Assembly: GCA_964016885.1 (NCBI GenBank)
Contig: OZ024747.1
Coordinates: 16,368,001 to 16,432,000, forward strand
DNA from: Eledone cirrhosa
Taxonomy: Eukaryota
DNA length: 64,000 nucleotides
Direction of reading: 5' to 3'
In this document: one piece after another, positions 41,770-58,500 of the stretch
Layout of the letters: each line of letters opens with the position of its first letter
Numbering within the stretch: the first letter of the stretch is position 1
The notes under the pieces: model-generated
The model's database searches: none
Seen by the model: the letters and a program-made list of their open reading frames with translations, nothing else
Told to the model about the DNA's origin: nothing
Position numbers and translations under genes: made by a program

Positions 41770-44700
41770 TTGTGTGGGTTTATGTGTTCTGGGTCGCTCT
41801 CTTGTGCTCCTTGTCTCATATAACACTGCAAACTATTATGCTTAGAATTTCTGCATGATTAAATCATTGGTTCTGTTAACACCTTCTGGTTGGTTTGCCA
41901 AAGAACAATTTCTTTGTATACATTGTATGTTCTGAATGACATTCATTCCCAATATACCTGAAGTGTTGGGCATAGTTAAAGTTTCAAAAAGGGTGAGTCT
42001 TGACAATATTTCGTCTTGCTATGTTAGTGTATACACAATTGCATTCTCCGTAATCACATTTTAGACTGCTCCCAAACCCATTAATACATTTGCACAAGGC
42101 ATATAAAGGATGCTGCGGTTTTTTTTTGTAATCCGATTTCTTTTCGTAGCCAGGATAGTATTCGATATGTCAGTGTCGAGCTAATACATACTTCCAGTAG
42201 ACTTCGTCTTGTATTAATCTAGACAGTATTAGATGTTAATATTGTTATCAGCTCATTGCCTTAACTGGTGGTTTTGATATTCCACATAAATGAATTCTTT
42301 CACATGCCCTATGGCATTTTCCTCTATGCTGAAATATGCGTCCTTCTATCCTAGATCGCTGTTGTGCAGTCGTTTTCTTGAATAATATTGTTATAATTTC
42401 TTACATGTGTTGTTAATGATATTGAGTATTTTCTCGACTTCATCCATTCCACTACAGAACAGTAGTACTGCATCATCAGTGTATGCAAGCCAGAGAATAG
42501 TATTTAGAATTTCACACATGTAAAACATACATGTGTATTGAAATATTTCACTATGAATAGCACGACCTTAATTTACAAGAGCCTTCTCTAAGCAAAACAT
42601 TGATTAATTAATCATTCACTCAATAATCTATTTGTGATTAGTGCCGAAACAATATATCCACATATCTCTAAACGTGTGGGAAAATAGTTCCTTATTTTGG
42701 AAACAAATGGATATCATATTGAATGTTTAAATCTAGAAAAAATAAAATATCTAATATAATGGTCGTATACTGAGTAGCTTCTGACTTAAAATCTGAATTT
42801 AGAAACATTTATATATTACGGATTCTCCTTCGAAACTCTTGAATATTCTATGACTATATTCTTATGTATGTTCAAAAAGGTTTTGTTTCATTTTACATAA
42901 GCTAATTTAGATTTGATTTATCCATTGTAGCATTGGCATTTAGCTTGTGCCTAAGATTTTTACATTTCGATAATTACAGTGAAAATGCTTTTACAAAGAT
43001 GGACGTTCATTCTAATAAATATATAGAAAATATGAAGAGGAAACATGCATTTATAATCTAGGCGTGTGGCACAAAATGTGTTGCCAGGAAATACAACACG
43101 AGGATTTTAGTAATTATTACAATCCTTAACAAATCATTAGTTTTTAAATGTCTTTACTTTGTCGACAACCTGGATAATGAATATTAGCGTTAATAACAAG
43201 CTTTCTCCTATCATAAATCGGCTTATAATTGAGATTCATAATGTATGTTTAATTCCATATCAAGGTTTGACAATCAATTGTATATGCATGGGAATGAGTT
43301 TTGTATATGCTAGTCGGAATGCTGAAATCTTCAAATTATACCAGGTCGAGAATTGAAATGTGAGACGTTGCACCATATCTGCTGTATTCATGTAAGCATA
43401 GAAAATGTCAGATTGTGGTGTTATTGAGGAGGTGTCGGAGGAGACAAGAAATACATGGAAGAGTAACAATGGCTTAGTAGTCACGTTGTTGTTCACCATT
43501 ATGTTTATAAACGATTGCAGGTCTTCTCGTTTAAATAAACACCCAACGTATTGCTTGCAAGACAGCGCTTCTTAATATAAATAACAGATAATTCTACAGA
43601 CAGAAGTAGAATATATGAAATAGTAACATTGTCTATAGAATACACATACAGACTTTGAATAGCACGAATATAAAAAAGGAAATTCTGTTTTTCATTTAGA
43701 AAATAAAAGATAGAATAGAAAATATAAATACTTAACTAAATTAAGACAAAATATAAAGTGTGAATCATTGAAAATATCGCCAGTCTATATTCCTTAAAGG
43801 AAATATTTCATTTCACGAAAAGAATTATTGTAAATTGAATAGATTTGAAGGGATGTCATCTCCGTTTATTTACGGGTTATTTTAGTGCAGAGATTTGCAG
43901 CAATGGAAATCTTTGCTTTAAATATTTTAGTTAAGCGGAAAGGCCGTGCAGTTCGGAATTGAAGTAATCCCGTTTTCTTTCAAATTGAAGCACATTTCAA
44001 CACAAATCATATAATCCATCCAGCTTACTATTTAGAAACAGAACTACATATTTTATCGCAACGAAAATGCACAAAATACGTTTCTAATAAAACGCCTTAA
44101 GTAGAATCCTCTTTCATACCCCCAGCAAAATTCATGTAATTACATAATTAATTTGTATAACGTGGGATTTTAGTGGCATAACGTGGGATATTAGAAGAAT
44201 AAAACTGAAAGAACAAAGAAAAGGGGATAATGAAAATCAATAACGACGATAATCTTTCAATTATTATTATTATTTTCCCCCTTTCTTAGGTTGATTATTT
44301 TGCCGCATTACTAAACCAAGAAGACGGATCATAATAAAAGACCTAAGCATTCTTGGCTACTTTCTCCTGTGGTCTATGTTCTCAATAACATTCTTAAAAT
44401 TCTGCTTCAACCAAGCAATGTCCTTTCCTGGCAAAATACTAGCTTTCGCTGGATCAACATTGTTTCTATCCATTTTTAAATCAAGAGCATCTATCACTCC
44501 GGAGGAGGAGACTCTTGGGGGAATATTATTTCTCATATAGGATGCGTTTTCTTTTTATCAGATATATTTGAATTTTCACTTGAATATGCCGTCAATTTTC
44601 GTAGTTGCTCTAGCAGGCACAAGTGGATGTTGGATAAGACATACTAGATGTGTAGTAGTGGTATGGTTGTGTGGGGACCAGAAGCGAAGAAGAAATTGTG

Positions 44701-44835
44701 CACTGTTTCAATAGTTAATCTCTTGCATTAAGGTAGGCGTTGGTATATAATGGTATTAACAGCCCAAAATGCCTAGTACTGCTCATACGAGTATAATCAC
44801 CGCATTTTCCTGCAGTCTTTCAGCTGATGCTGTGG

Positions 44836-45847
<1,012 letters not shown>

Positions 45848-47677
45848 ACCAATCCTATATATATATATCTACATACCTGTATACGTTGATACATAAATAA
45901 TTTTGCAACCACTTATTCTGTTTATGTATGTGTGTGTATGCGTGTGTATGTGTGTGTGTGTGTGTGTGTGTATGTGTGTGTGTGTGTATGTGTGCGTGTG
46001 TGTGTGTGCGTGCGTGCGTGCGTGTGTGTATGTGTGTGTGTGTGTGTGTGTGTGCGTGCGAATATGTGTATAGTCATATAATTTGAATGCCTTCAAACAT
46101 GCCGACACAACAAACTAACAACATCAATAAGAACATGTCATCAGTATTTCAACAGAAACTTTAAAACTAATCTAGAGTTTACAAATCAATATCGAATCTA
46201 ATAGAAATGAATGATTTATAAAGAACGTTGATACCCATGTGAACTGAATAACTAGTAGTAAATTGTAAACAATGTTAAGACAATTCACTAAATCACCTTC
46301 TGGCAGTGATGGCAACTCGCCAGCATAGTGGTGCTTAACGCAGTTTTAAGTGCAAGAATGATCAAGCAATGCCATTTTGAATTACAACAGAGTTCTAATA
46401 ATTTAATAATCAGTAAAGAAAGTCTTCAGTAACATTAATAATACAGCAAGCTCTAAATTCTGTTAAGTGTTAGTCCGTTCTATTAAATCTATCGTGAGTT
46501 TCTAAAATGCAATAATATAAAAAAATCAATCAGTGTATCTTCTGATTTAGTTAGTAGACAATATTCGTAGATGTAATGCCATGTGTTTCCTTTCGTTGAA
46601 TTCCTCACAAATAGAACGATGTAATTTTAACCTTGTAAGTACTAAGTGATTCAAAGGTTTTATTGTTTTATATGTTTGTTTTATAGCGCACATATCTCTG
46701 AAAAATAGCATTCTTACAGATATACCACAATACAAGTATTGTGGTCAAACTAATTTATTGGATCTGATATTGTTTATGTTGTGATTGCCTTCCATATGTC
46801 TTCAATCAATGAATTTCTCACGAATCCTTTTGACGCTGCCTGCCTACGCTTTCATACCAGATGAATATATGTTCTTCGAAAGCCACATTATATTTTTCAG
46901 ATGCAGCTCTCGTATGTTAGCCTTGAAAGATATATTTGGATAGTGATACACAAGTACTAAGATTATTGTGATACATGATACGCACGAATGGAGTCACACA
47001 TACTCATACTCACAAGCAATCACACCCACACTGGTCAATTAGTGGCTCTATTGAGAAGAGACTTGTCGAAGGGTCATAGCAGAGATATTAGAAGCAAACA
47101 TTCTAAAAGTACAAAGTGAGCTTCTTCACCACGCGACCAGGCAGTTTATTCTTAATAAATGTATGGGAAAACATTCACTCTTCGGTATCCCAGTGACTCC
47201 ACTGAAGGAATTAAAGAATATTGATAGATATAATTATATATACTGCTTTTGGTTACACCATGTTGATATTCTACGAGATTTATCGTTCTGTTTAATCGAA
47301 TTCTGATACATTACTCCCAAATTTAATTACTTTGAATCGGCGTATTGTATTGTATCAAGCGAAGAATGTCACTCGCAATACGAAATAAGATTCTAGCTCC
47401 GAAAAAACTTCCCTCTCAACCGATAAATGTATATCTGCTACTGATTTTATTATCTATTTATTATTTACATAATGCACTCGTTAGAATATATCAGAACTTT
47501 ATAGTTACAAGAGACGGAGAGCATAAGGTCGTGTATAGCTATTAATCTAACAGTCGGTTGATATCAAGCAATATTGAATACTACTAAAAAATAGAAGCAG
47601 GTATCGTAATGCAATGAGCTTAAATGGAAACAATAATTTCTAAACAAGCAGCACACAGAAAGCGTGTTCATTATTTT

Positions 47678-47864
47678 GGTTGATTGGCAGTATCGATAGA
47701 GGGTCGGGCGCCATGCTTTCCAGCATAGTTACGTCCCTTTACGATCTGAGTTCAAATCCTGCCGGGGGTTTCTTTGCCTTTCATCCTTACGGGGTCGATA
47801 AAATAAAGTACCAGTAATGCACTGGGTAATTGCTGGCCTTGTGCCTAAATTAGAAACAATTATT
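47678..47864 (+). mobile_element. Full-length SINE
   Basis: A and B boxes, core and tail as in 21211-21400. Confidence 0.87.
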
Positions 47865-49187
47865 TTCTAAATGTTCAACTCCAATATGCGTGGAAATTGT
47901 GGCGTGATACTCCCTTTACTACAAATAAGTTGTATAAATGAGTTTTTGTTATAGACTTAATCTGATAAATAGTCTTAGCATGAAAAATGTCTCTAGATCA
48001 TAGTTTATTTCCGAGTGACAGACTGGACTAATTTTACTAATTAACTAAAAGCACAATTCAAACCCCACAACAAATCTTAAAATATCCAATTAACGGGAGA
48101 TCTAACAACAAGCCTACAATTTTTTATCGACAAATTAGAAAGTAACATCATCTAGAACGTACTTAAACTCATGTGAAATCCAATAAAAATAACATAAATA
48201 AAGACAACAACTACAATAATGTATAGGGGAGCGAAGAATTAAAACAACTAATAATTAGTACAAAACCTAAATATATCAATTATCAACGTGATGAAATATA
48301 TTAATACTACAAAAAGCCATGAAGATCCATGTGCAATCTGATTTGATATTGGAAGCACATCCCAAGCACTTACTGGATGAAAGGATATCAAAATAGCATG
48401 TAATTAAGTTATTCCAAAGAAATGTATAAATGAGTCATCAACGCTCAAGTTTTAAATGGCTGCTTCGTTTGGGAGACACAAGCACTAGCTGTCATAGAGC
48501 TTCGTACTCAAATGGGCAATTATATGTAGGGTTTCTAAGATCTACTAGGAAAATAGTTATATTTCTGGAAGCACGTTTAACTCCTACTCATATATTGATA
48601 GAAGACTCAACGCAAATTGCCAACTATTCAGGTTAAAGCGAAAATAAAACATGTTCTTTGGCTTCCTCTGTGGGTAGCACAATTAAAATTGTTTAAAATA
48701 ATGATTAAAAATTCAAAAGTTGAAGCAAATAAATTGTTTAACATTATATCTCATTAAATATGTTTTAGGAACTGTGTCTTTCACAGCGATTGGGCACATT
48801 CACACAAGCGTATAGGGTGTAGAGTTACTTGGCGTGTCGAAAATAATATTAGAAATATCGGCTTCAGATTACATCAAGATTTTCCATTGTATGATGTAGA
48901 ATAGTGGGGACTTATATTATCCATAGAATCAGTTATAGAAATGCCATAGGTAAAGGGTTTCGTATTTGTGATAGTTTATGGAACCTAGAAATGTTGGGTT
49001 AGATATATTCAGAGCCTTCTATTAAGAATAGTTAACTATTTTTCAAAATATAATACACAGATAATAATAATTTGTATACCAGGCCATACAGATATTAGTG
49101 GAAATAGAATAGTAGAGGAGTTATCAAGGTACTACGCAACTAGAAATAAAAGATATAGACTGCATACAGCATAGATGTGTTGCTCTT

Positions 49188-49333
49188 TACGTTCTGAGTT
49201 TATATCCCGCCTAGGTTAGCTTTGTCATTCATCCTATGGGGTCGAAAGTATAAAGCAACAGCAATACACTGGTGACGATTTAATCGACTTTCCCCTCCTC
49301 CCAGTTTGCTGGCCTTGTCCCTATATTAGAAAT
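49188..49333 (+). mobile_element. Decayed SINE
   Basis: ctgagtttatatcccgcc..ctttgtcattcatcctatggggtcga..gctggccttgt. Confidence 0.7.
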
Positions 49334-49421
49334 CCTTATGTATTATGCTTTGAAGATGGTGAGTTCATGTCGGTTTCATTTGCCTATATAAGAATAAGGT
49401 TACTCGTGTCTGACAGAGAGA

Positions 49422-49556
<135 letters not shown>

Positions 49557-51649
49557 CGCTGTTTGGTTTGGGTTGGCTTTCGCTCCTGTATCTTTTATAT
49601 CTCTATAGTTAATATATCTGGCAATGAATGTGTGTGTGTGTATGTGTGCGTGTGTGCATGTGTGTGCGCGTGTGCGCATGTGTGTGTGTAACAATTTTTA
49701 AAACGAAAATATTTAGAAATTATTCTCTTCTCTTTCCTTTTCATCGCATACAAGACCGTCGAAATTATGTCTTTCGATAAGGATTTTATTTTTCAGTTCA
49801 ATTACTTTTTTCCCTTTTCAATCTTCTAAAAATATTTCATATCTAATTGTATTTTTTCATTTCGTTTATTGTATTTAATACTTTCAGTATTTTTTTATGT
49901 ACTATTTTCCTTTCTCTCTATCTGATATTCTAATTTTGAATCTTTAGACTTTCTGAGTTACTAGATTCATTTTTATAGATGCAAAGGTATTAGATGTTAC
50001 TACAATGAGATTTAACGCTGACCTTTTAGTAACACCCATAACGTTCTGAATATGATAAAATAGAAAACATTATCAAACCAAAAACTAAATGAAAAGTCTG
50101 AATCGTACGAGTGAATAAAACAGCGGAATAAAAAGACGAAATAATTTAAAACTATGATGAAATGTCAAATGTGCTGGTGACGTAAATGATAACAGCTTTT
50201 GTAGGATTCTGGTGTTGCAACGATATCTCCCAAAGCGATAGAAAAGGATTAACAAAAAACAGATACAGAAAAAATACATTTCCGTATTGTTTAGATGTTA
50301 TTTATTCAGATATGGTAATCATGAATATGCGTGTGTGATACATTAGGTGTGAATCTTTAACTAATCTGAGAGTAAATTATTATGTGAGATCGATTTCCAG
50401 TCATGACTTCTACCAGATATAACATCAAATATACTGCACATCTATGAATGTATTCTAATCGTGACCAATATATAAGATACGGACAAGCGGGTTAGATGCC
50501 GAGAGGAATTGTATATCTTTCCTGTCGAAATTATTTTCGCTAATTCTTCGACGGCGATGTTTCATTTCTAGTTCTGTATCGACAACAATCAGCGTTATTC
50601 ACAAACCAATAGAATAGCATTAATTATATTGATAGTATTACGTTGTTATTTCAGTCAGAATATAAATGTTCCACTAGTTTGCTACTGACTAACAGAGAGG
50701 CTGATTTAATTAGCATTAACAAAAAATAAGTTGGTTTTTGGTTTGTCAATTAGCTGAAAATCGTTACTAAAATGATTAGTAATTAATAAATATTCAATCA
50801 ACTGATATCCAATTTTTGTCGTTGTTAAAAACAAAGCATCAAACTAATAGCGAACAATTAATAAACGATCAATGTCCATTACCAAATTTCCGTAAGTTGC
50901 ATTCGTTTAATAGTTATCCCTTTCAGATATTACTATTTCGATCTGTATTTGTTTAATTCTGTTGTAATGTCCAGAGAATCGAATGGTCAAGACGACATAG
51001 TAGAGGACAAATTGAGTAGAGGTCGGTAGATCATATCCTGTCATCAGATCTGCATATCGTTGATGACAGATGACCCATTTCATTTATCAGCGAATTGGCT
51101 GATGTAATTAATTCATATTAGTGGTGCAACTTGTGTAATAACTGGTTGATGAATGATATGGCAAAGCCAAGTTCAAACTTCACTTTGGGGATGAATTATA
51201 ATCACTCTACAGAAAATGAAAACTTTAGGCTTTAACCTGAAAAATATTCACCGAAAAACACACGGAAATTATGCGTCAGGAATCAATTATTTCAATGACA
51301 ATTAGGTTCCTTAATAGATGGTTCCTAAATGTAATGGATATATCTGGTTTCTGATATCTATATATTCTGTCTTCGCTTTAAGACCAGAAATCAAAAAGTA
51401 GTTGATGAGCTCCCAGCACCTTTTTGAGACAATTCTGATATTTATCATTGCGACAAAGTAATTATTGCATATATAACATAGTTATGTACAACATAGTTAT
51501 GTATATAACAGAGCCTAGTTATTATGGCATTGAGGTGATTGGCTCTATAGAATTAAGGAAGGGAGAGCATGCTATAAATAGTAATGATGAAAGTTGTGGT
51601 GTTGACTTTAATGACGATGGTCAAGATGGTGACGGTGATAATATTGTTT

Positions 51650-51665
51650 ATGATGATGATGATGG

Positions 51666-51717
<52 letters not shown>
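51650..51717. repeat. (GAT)n microsatellite
   Basis: Direct inspection. Confidence 0.95.
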
Positions 51718-52556
51718 CTGATAATGTCTTGAGTGATTGTAGCATATCAATGAGTATGCCAGTGATCATGAACGAAAGAATGTATACTATTTCAGTTCAT
51801 GAAAACAAATATACGTGCTGAAAAATTTGTTTCAATTATACGAATTACTAAAATGATTTGATGTCTCTGATACCAATGTACCAATGACATTACATACTAA
51901 TAGTCATACATTTCATAAAACATAATCTTCCTAATAGAATATTATCATTTCGCTGTAAGTTCATGTTTTCTACGAAACATACAGAAAGGAAGAGTGAGAT
52001 ACAGTCAGGGGTTAAATAAATACGAATATACATACACACAGGGATGGACGTACGCACACGCACACACAAACCCACACACATAAAAACATAAACACACTCA
52101 ACCCCCCCACACATATATATATGTGTATAACATACATCGTTTTACTGTTTCTCACTTGCGTAGACATATGTGTTTGCAGGCATACATACTTGCTTACATA
52201 TATATCTACACATATACATCAGTTTAATAGTTCTCTCTTGCATAGACATGTGTGATTGTATGTATGTATTCAAGCAACTTCTGGAAATCTGTATAGTGTG
52301 GGTCCATTAAAGTTCATACTATTCGTCCAGTGCTCATCGTACACCACAAAATAGGGAGGTACAGAGTAAGCTGTGCATTTCGGCGGAAAAAAACAATTAA
52401 AGATAAAACATTCTACTATAGCAATGAGCTTTAATTGACAAGTAAAAGTTGGATATGCGGTGCACGCTACAGGATACGTCATATTTTTTAGGGGGATCTC
52501 CTTTATTGAGCTCTATCTTCTTTATTACTAATTTGTTTTTTTAATTGTTTCAGAAA

Positions 52557-52715
52557 AATAATTGTTTCTGCTTTTGGGCACAAGGCCAGCAATTAATTCG
52601 CTGCATTACTGGTGCTTCATTTTATCGATCATGTAAGGATGATAGGCAAAGTTAACCACGGCGGGAGTTGAAGTCAGAACGTAAAGGGACACAACTCTCT
52701 GCTGTAACGCATGGT
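52557..52715 (-). mobile_element. SINE
   Basis: Reverse-complement tail, core and B-box. Confidence 0.78.
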
Positions 52716-53791
52716 TTCAGATAAATAATGCCAGACATTAACGTGATTCAGCCATTGACAACGCACATAATAATCGCTGCCTTAAAAGCACAACATAGGA
52801 ATACAGCGATAGCTTTCTTATTGAAAGTTTCCCTATTCTTCGTCGACAAAGTAGGAGAGGTCTGAAAGCTGCTGACTGGGATCAAACATCAGACGCCAAG
52901 CTTTAAATGAATGCACAAGGTAGTTATATAATCAGAACGTCTAACCTTGTAAAAGAGGCTAAAAAATTACTCAATAAAATGCCATGAAAGTCAGTCAGAG
53001 ACATCGCAATGGATTTTAAGTTTTCAGAATGCACTATTAGAGAAGCTGTCCATAAATACATCCGAAATATGTCTTATGTGACGCTGAGAGGCCAGTTTAT
53101 GTCGGATGTGACAAAAGAGAATATTTTGATCCGTACAAAGCGCTTACTGAACAAGATAAAACACCTAGAAGCAGGAAAGATTTAGTTCTTTTCTGATGAG
53201 AAAAAATATTTATCAGGACCAAAATGTAAAGTTTGGTCAAAGATATATGGCTATGTATAGAGGTTATATTGATTCGGACATACCAACGCTTCAGGGTCCA
53301 CAGTGAAGCAGTCTTTGAAGCTAACGAATTCATTGAATAGATATCATAAATGTATTCGAATAATATTTGCACCAATTTGTATATAGATATAGCATTTCTT
53401 TGATATGCTATGCGGCCTTTTCTAAATACATTCAAATAACCTCATCATTCTGACGAACCTTGCATATATAGGGAAGGCGCGTGGCTTAGTGTTTAGTATG
53501 ATGGAATCACAATCAAGAATTGGTGATATCGATTCACAGAGAGGGAGAAACAAACATTTCCACTACATTTGCTTACACCTTACTGGAACATGTCTGTCTA
53601 AGTAAGTATATAAATATTTTAAAACCTTCCCATCGCTCCCTCCTCTTAACTTTAGCGTGAAGTTAGGAAGACGATGTGTGAAGCTAACTTTGTCTGTCTT
53701 AATCTTGAACAATATATATATGTTTATGTTCGTGTGTGTCGTTGTGGATACATACACACGCACCCCCACCATATATATGTGTGTGTGTTGT

Positions 53792-53870
<79 letters not shown>

Positions 53871-54414
53871 CTTGTTTGTGACTGCTTTCTTAGTTCGTAC
53901 ATGGCTGAGATTCGATCATCTACTTGTGTTCTAATATTGTTTCCCTTTTTATCACTCTCACCTGGGAATACATTTTGAAAGTAAATCAATTAAATAAGCG
54001 AATAAGCTAATCTTTTAGTCCCATGACATTACCTGTCTTCACAGATCAATTTTTTGTGGAAATGATTATATAAATAACTAAAATTAAGAATACTAAGGTA
54101 AACAAAGTTTTCTCTCAAAGAATTTGAGCAAACCACAGAGAAATGCACAGATAAGAAGCGTTAAGATTCTGTGCATTAACGTGTCAAAATACAGGAATTT
54201 ATATATGGACATTAAATTAGAGATTCTGGATTATGTTTCATATGTATATAAAGAAAGCCGCTGTCACAAGCAGAACAGAATTAATGGACATTTCCAGGGT
54301 AGATGTTGAATAGAGAATCGTAGTTAATAATAACATATTCAATTAAAATTACATCGGCAACAGCCACATCACTACGATAATAACAACAACAACAACAAAA
54401 ACAACAGCAACAGC

Positions 54415-54446
<32 letters not shown>

Positions 54447-55199
54447 TTTCTTTATTAACCACAAGGGTTTACATAACGTAGACATTAAGGACAGTGCAGG
54501 ACAATACAGGACGGTACAAATGGGCATTTCTGCGTGTAAAAAACAAAAACAGAGGATGTAACAAAAAAATAACAATGAAAAATTCCTCAATAGGGGGGAG
54601 ACTTCGGAGGGACATTTGTGGAGAAATCCCATTAAAAGGTCACAGTGACCCTGACCACCAAGGCAAGTGCCCTCTCCCAGTTTTCCACCTTTAATTTACA
54701 GATACATACTCAGAGTATGAAAGGCAAAGTTGACCTCGGCGGGATTTGAACTCCGGATGGAAAGTAAATAAGAATAATGTTGGTCAAGTATAGAAGCAAC
54801 TGTCAGCTATTTTACAGCTATTAATCTGTTCTCATAGAAAGAAGTAAGCTAGCAAGAATCCATCCGCATTTAGATTTCAAATCCATAAGCTTTTATTTAA
54901 AACATTGTATGAAATGGCCAGCAAGGAATACATTTAAAGAAGAAACCAAATGAAATTAGAATTAGAAAACAGTGAAATGCGTAAGGTGTTGGCACAGGAC
55001 AGGTAAATATGTTTAATTTGCGATTAGTAGTGTCTGCTTCAGCATATAATCTATTCAATGAGCTCGTGTTGCATTGACCCAGTGAGAGAGATTTACTAAA
55101 CAGAAACACTATTTAGGCCCATAGTATCTGTCTTTCTCTCATTCTGCACACATATACACAAACACACACACACATACATACATACATACATCCCCCCCT

Positions 55200-55238
<39 letters not shown>

Positions 55239-57455
55239 GAGAGAGAGTGTGGATATATATATATATATATACATATAGATACAGAGAGAGAGAATGGACA
55301 TATACATATATATATATTTCGTTGACAAATATATCAATATGCCCAGACATGTAATATATTGCCCTTGGTGTGACAGTATGGTGACGCAGCTCGATGGAGC
55401 ATGCAGCTACTGATATACTCATGTTTATAGGCTCTGCAGATTCCTGCCATGGTGTATGGATGAACCACTGTTAGCTAATAAAATAATGTATTTCTAAGCA
55501 TTCTTTGGTTATTCCTATAACTACATATATATATATATATATATACATTGATGTGTGTGTGCATATATATATAGGATATATCTTATCAGTTCAGGTCTCT
55601 GCCTGCTACTTGTACAACGTAGCCCAGTACAACCAGCTTCATAGTGGAGTGATCGGCGATTAAAACGGCTATCCCATCCCACGAGCCACAGTTCTAGAGA
55701 GGATGGTATGGGGAATCCCAGCAGACAAAAGTAAAAGCTGTCAAAGGTAAATGAAGGCCACATAATGAAGAGCAGCCCACACCAACTATCCTTTGTTCGA
55801 CTGAGCATTGCATCGTTTCACTAGTTTGGTCTTTCAACTGCGTTACAAGTATGTGTATATGTGGAATAATCACCGGGATTACACGTAATTACACGAATTA
55901 ATCTTGGGAAGAGAATCAATTGGTAGTACATATGACTGCACATCGCAATGGCCTACGGTGATTTCACCCATCGCAGTGTAGGGTATTTTATGGGGAATAT
56001 GATGTGAAATGTGCTAAATAATTAACTACTTCTCATGGCCTTAGAAGTGTTATACACTGTACTAACACTTATGATCAGAGATGTGTTAACCACTGTACTA
56101 CGTCATATGATCAGAATTTATTTAACTACTGTACTACTCCACTGTGAATATAGGTCAAAACAGGTTGCAGGTTATGTGTTTTGGGTTTCTCGAATACCAT
56201 TGGATTAAAGGCGTAATCTTATAAATTTTGTTCAGGAATTATAGTTAGATTAGCGTAAACATTTTCAAAAGATTAATTTTAAACAGCGTTGGTGGTGAAA
56301 TTCGTTAGTTAGAAAATACATGTGATCTTTTATATTCATTAGAACAACGGTAGTTTAATTAACATTTAAAAAATAACAGCAGTAGTCGTAATGCAAGGAA
56401 GGCGTAAACATTCTAAATTTTGCAATGGACAACAGAATAATATATTTTTTTCAAAATTCTTTATAGTTTGAATAATAATATATTAAACATTTTGAAAAAT
56501 TCATAATTAAAAACCCAAAAGTTTCTTTCAAATTTCAATTTCTTATATCAGACACGCGCTCTCGTATTTTCCTTCGTACTTCACAAATTATAAAATATCA
56601 GTTAAAGAATTTTTCAAAGGTATTAATTAAAATATTATATCTTTTGTGTCAAATAAAATATTATCAAACACAGTATATGTATATCATACATCCCCCCCCC
56701 CATATATATATATATATATAGTAAAAAATTGAACGGGAAGAAAACAGAGAGGCAGTACGAACAAAGATTTATTAGTTTCACGCTCTTGAGAGTGGGGTGG
56801 TGGTGAGCGAGAGAGAGAGAGAGAGAGACAATAAATGACATAAATATAAACAAAAGTTGTCTTGCGTTTTGAAATTGCAGTAAAGGAAATTGATGTGAGT
56901 ATATATTTCTTTACTCTCAGGTTATTTTGCTCACATCACCCCTTGTGTGGCAATTGAAAACATAAATGATTAAATTGTTTATATATATTTCTCTGATGTT
57001 GGTCTTTTTTCGCAAATATTAATTGAGTTCTCTATCAAGAGATTGAACAATGTTATCTGTTTCTGATTTTTCTCTACTCCCGTTTGGTTGAGTTGTAATT
57101 GGCAGGTTTGTTGATGAGTTATTTCTAGAGTTCCAGTTTATTTTAAAACAGTGCATCTGATTGTTGGCTGACGGAAATTATATATTTTGCTTGCATCAGA
57201 TGGGTATTTATTTGTCTCATGATAGAAGTATACCTCTGATGATAAAAGTGTCTCGAGATATTGATTGCCTTCATTGATTAAGACAATAAATAATGCTATT
57301 GAGATTTGTAATTGCAAAACGAGAAATTGATGTGAGTGTAAATATTTTAATGTTAAGCTTATTCTGCTTGTGTCTCCCCTTGTATTGCACTGAATTTGGT
57401 TTATTTTCGAAATTATTCATTGAACTATCTATAGACATTATTATCTATGTTTCTA

Positions 57456-57493
<38 letters not shown>

Positions 57494-58269
57494 CCCCCCC
57501 CATATATATATATAATAATAATAATAATTTATAGAAAAGATAGATAACCAGTGGAATATTCGGGTAGAGACCATAAGTCAAGGAGATTTATACAGTACTG
57601 TTATAGCTATGATTGCATAAATAGATAACAATTGAAATTTTCACGATTGTCATTGTAGCGAGTTCGCTGATTGCAATGCAGCTGTTTTTGATTATTAGTG
57701 CCATTGCAATGCAGCTGTGAGCTTGGCCTTTTGCCTCTTATGTGTCATCATGACTGTAAAGACTGCTAATGCCTTTGAACAAGAACTAATTTCTTACTTT
57801 CATAAAGTATTTATGGCAGAGCTTATTTCGTGTACATCACTTTCTACTATGTGTGCATATATATACGTGCACATATCATATGCAAGCAACACGTGAGCAA
57901 CGTCACAGTGTATAACTATATTTAAAAGAATCAGTATGTCCGTACTAATGCCACTAGTAATAAAAAGTAAAACAATTTTAATTGCGATGCCATGCCATGC
58001 CAATATTCTGATTTCGATGCAAATATAAGGTGTCGAATTATATTTACGTTAAGTTCCCAAATAATAATGTATGAGCATGATTATAAAGCACGTGAAATAA
58101 AGAGAAACATTCATTGTGGGCCCGTTACTTCCATCTCATAGGTTCCATGCTGAGATTTTTGGATGAGTATTCGTTCGAATGTTTTATTTAATAAAATGGA
58201 TTACATATGAAATACGATACTATTTCCCAACAATTTGTGAGATTATAACCTTTTTTATTCTTTTAAAGT

Positions 58270-58500
58270 GGCGCTATACTCCGCCAGTTGCACACCACTG
58301 CTCATCAACATGGGTTATTTTTCTCCACAAATTTCGATCACCAACAGCACAGTTTAAAGAGTAAAGATCAAGTCCATTCCATAAGCTGACATTATCAAAC
58401 CATCGTTTTAGCTGCCGGCCTCTGCTTCTCTTACCAGGCAACCTTCCTTCCAGACATAACCTATTCATACCACGAATTGATCTTTTCATATGCCCGTATA
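58270..58500 (-). mobile_element. RTE-clade LINE 3' fragment
   Basis: GHMKRS...LCLEGRLPGKRSRGRQLKRWFDNV...AVGDRNLWRKI, the typical RTE ORF C-terminus. Confidence 0.78.

Noticed and set aside
53097-53435. 112-aa ORF, possibly a transposase remnant
   Set aside because: No diagnostic motif I can support.
54430-54710. Possible LINE 3' end on the minus strand with a (TTA)n tail
   Set aside because: Single occurrence in the window and no coding motif, so the family cannot be supported.
56046-56140. Three ~37-bp imperfect repeats containing cactgtacta, superficially CRISPR-like
   Set aside because: Degenerate tandem minisatellite without unique spacers, in eukaryotic DNA with no cas genes.
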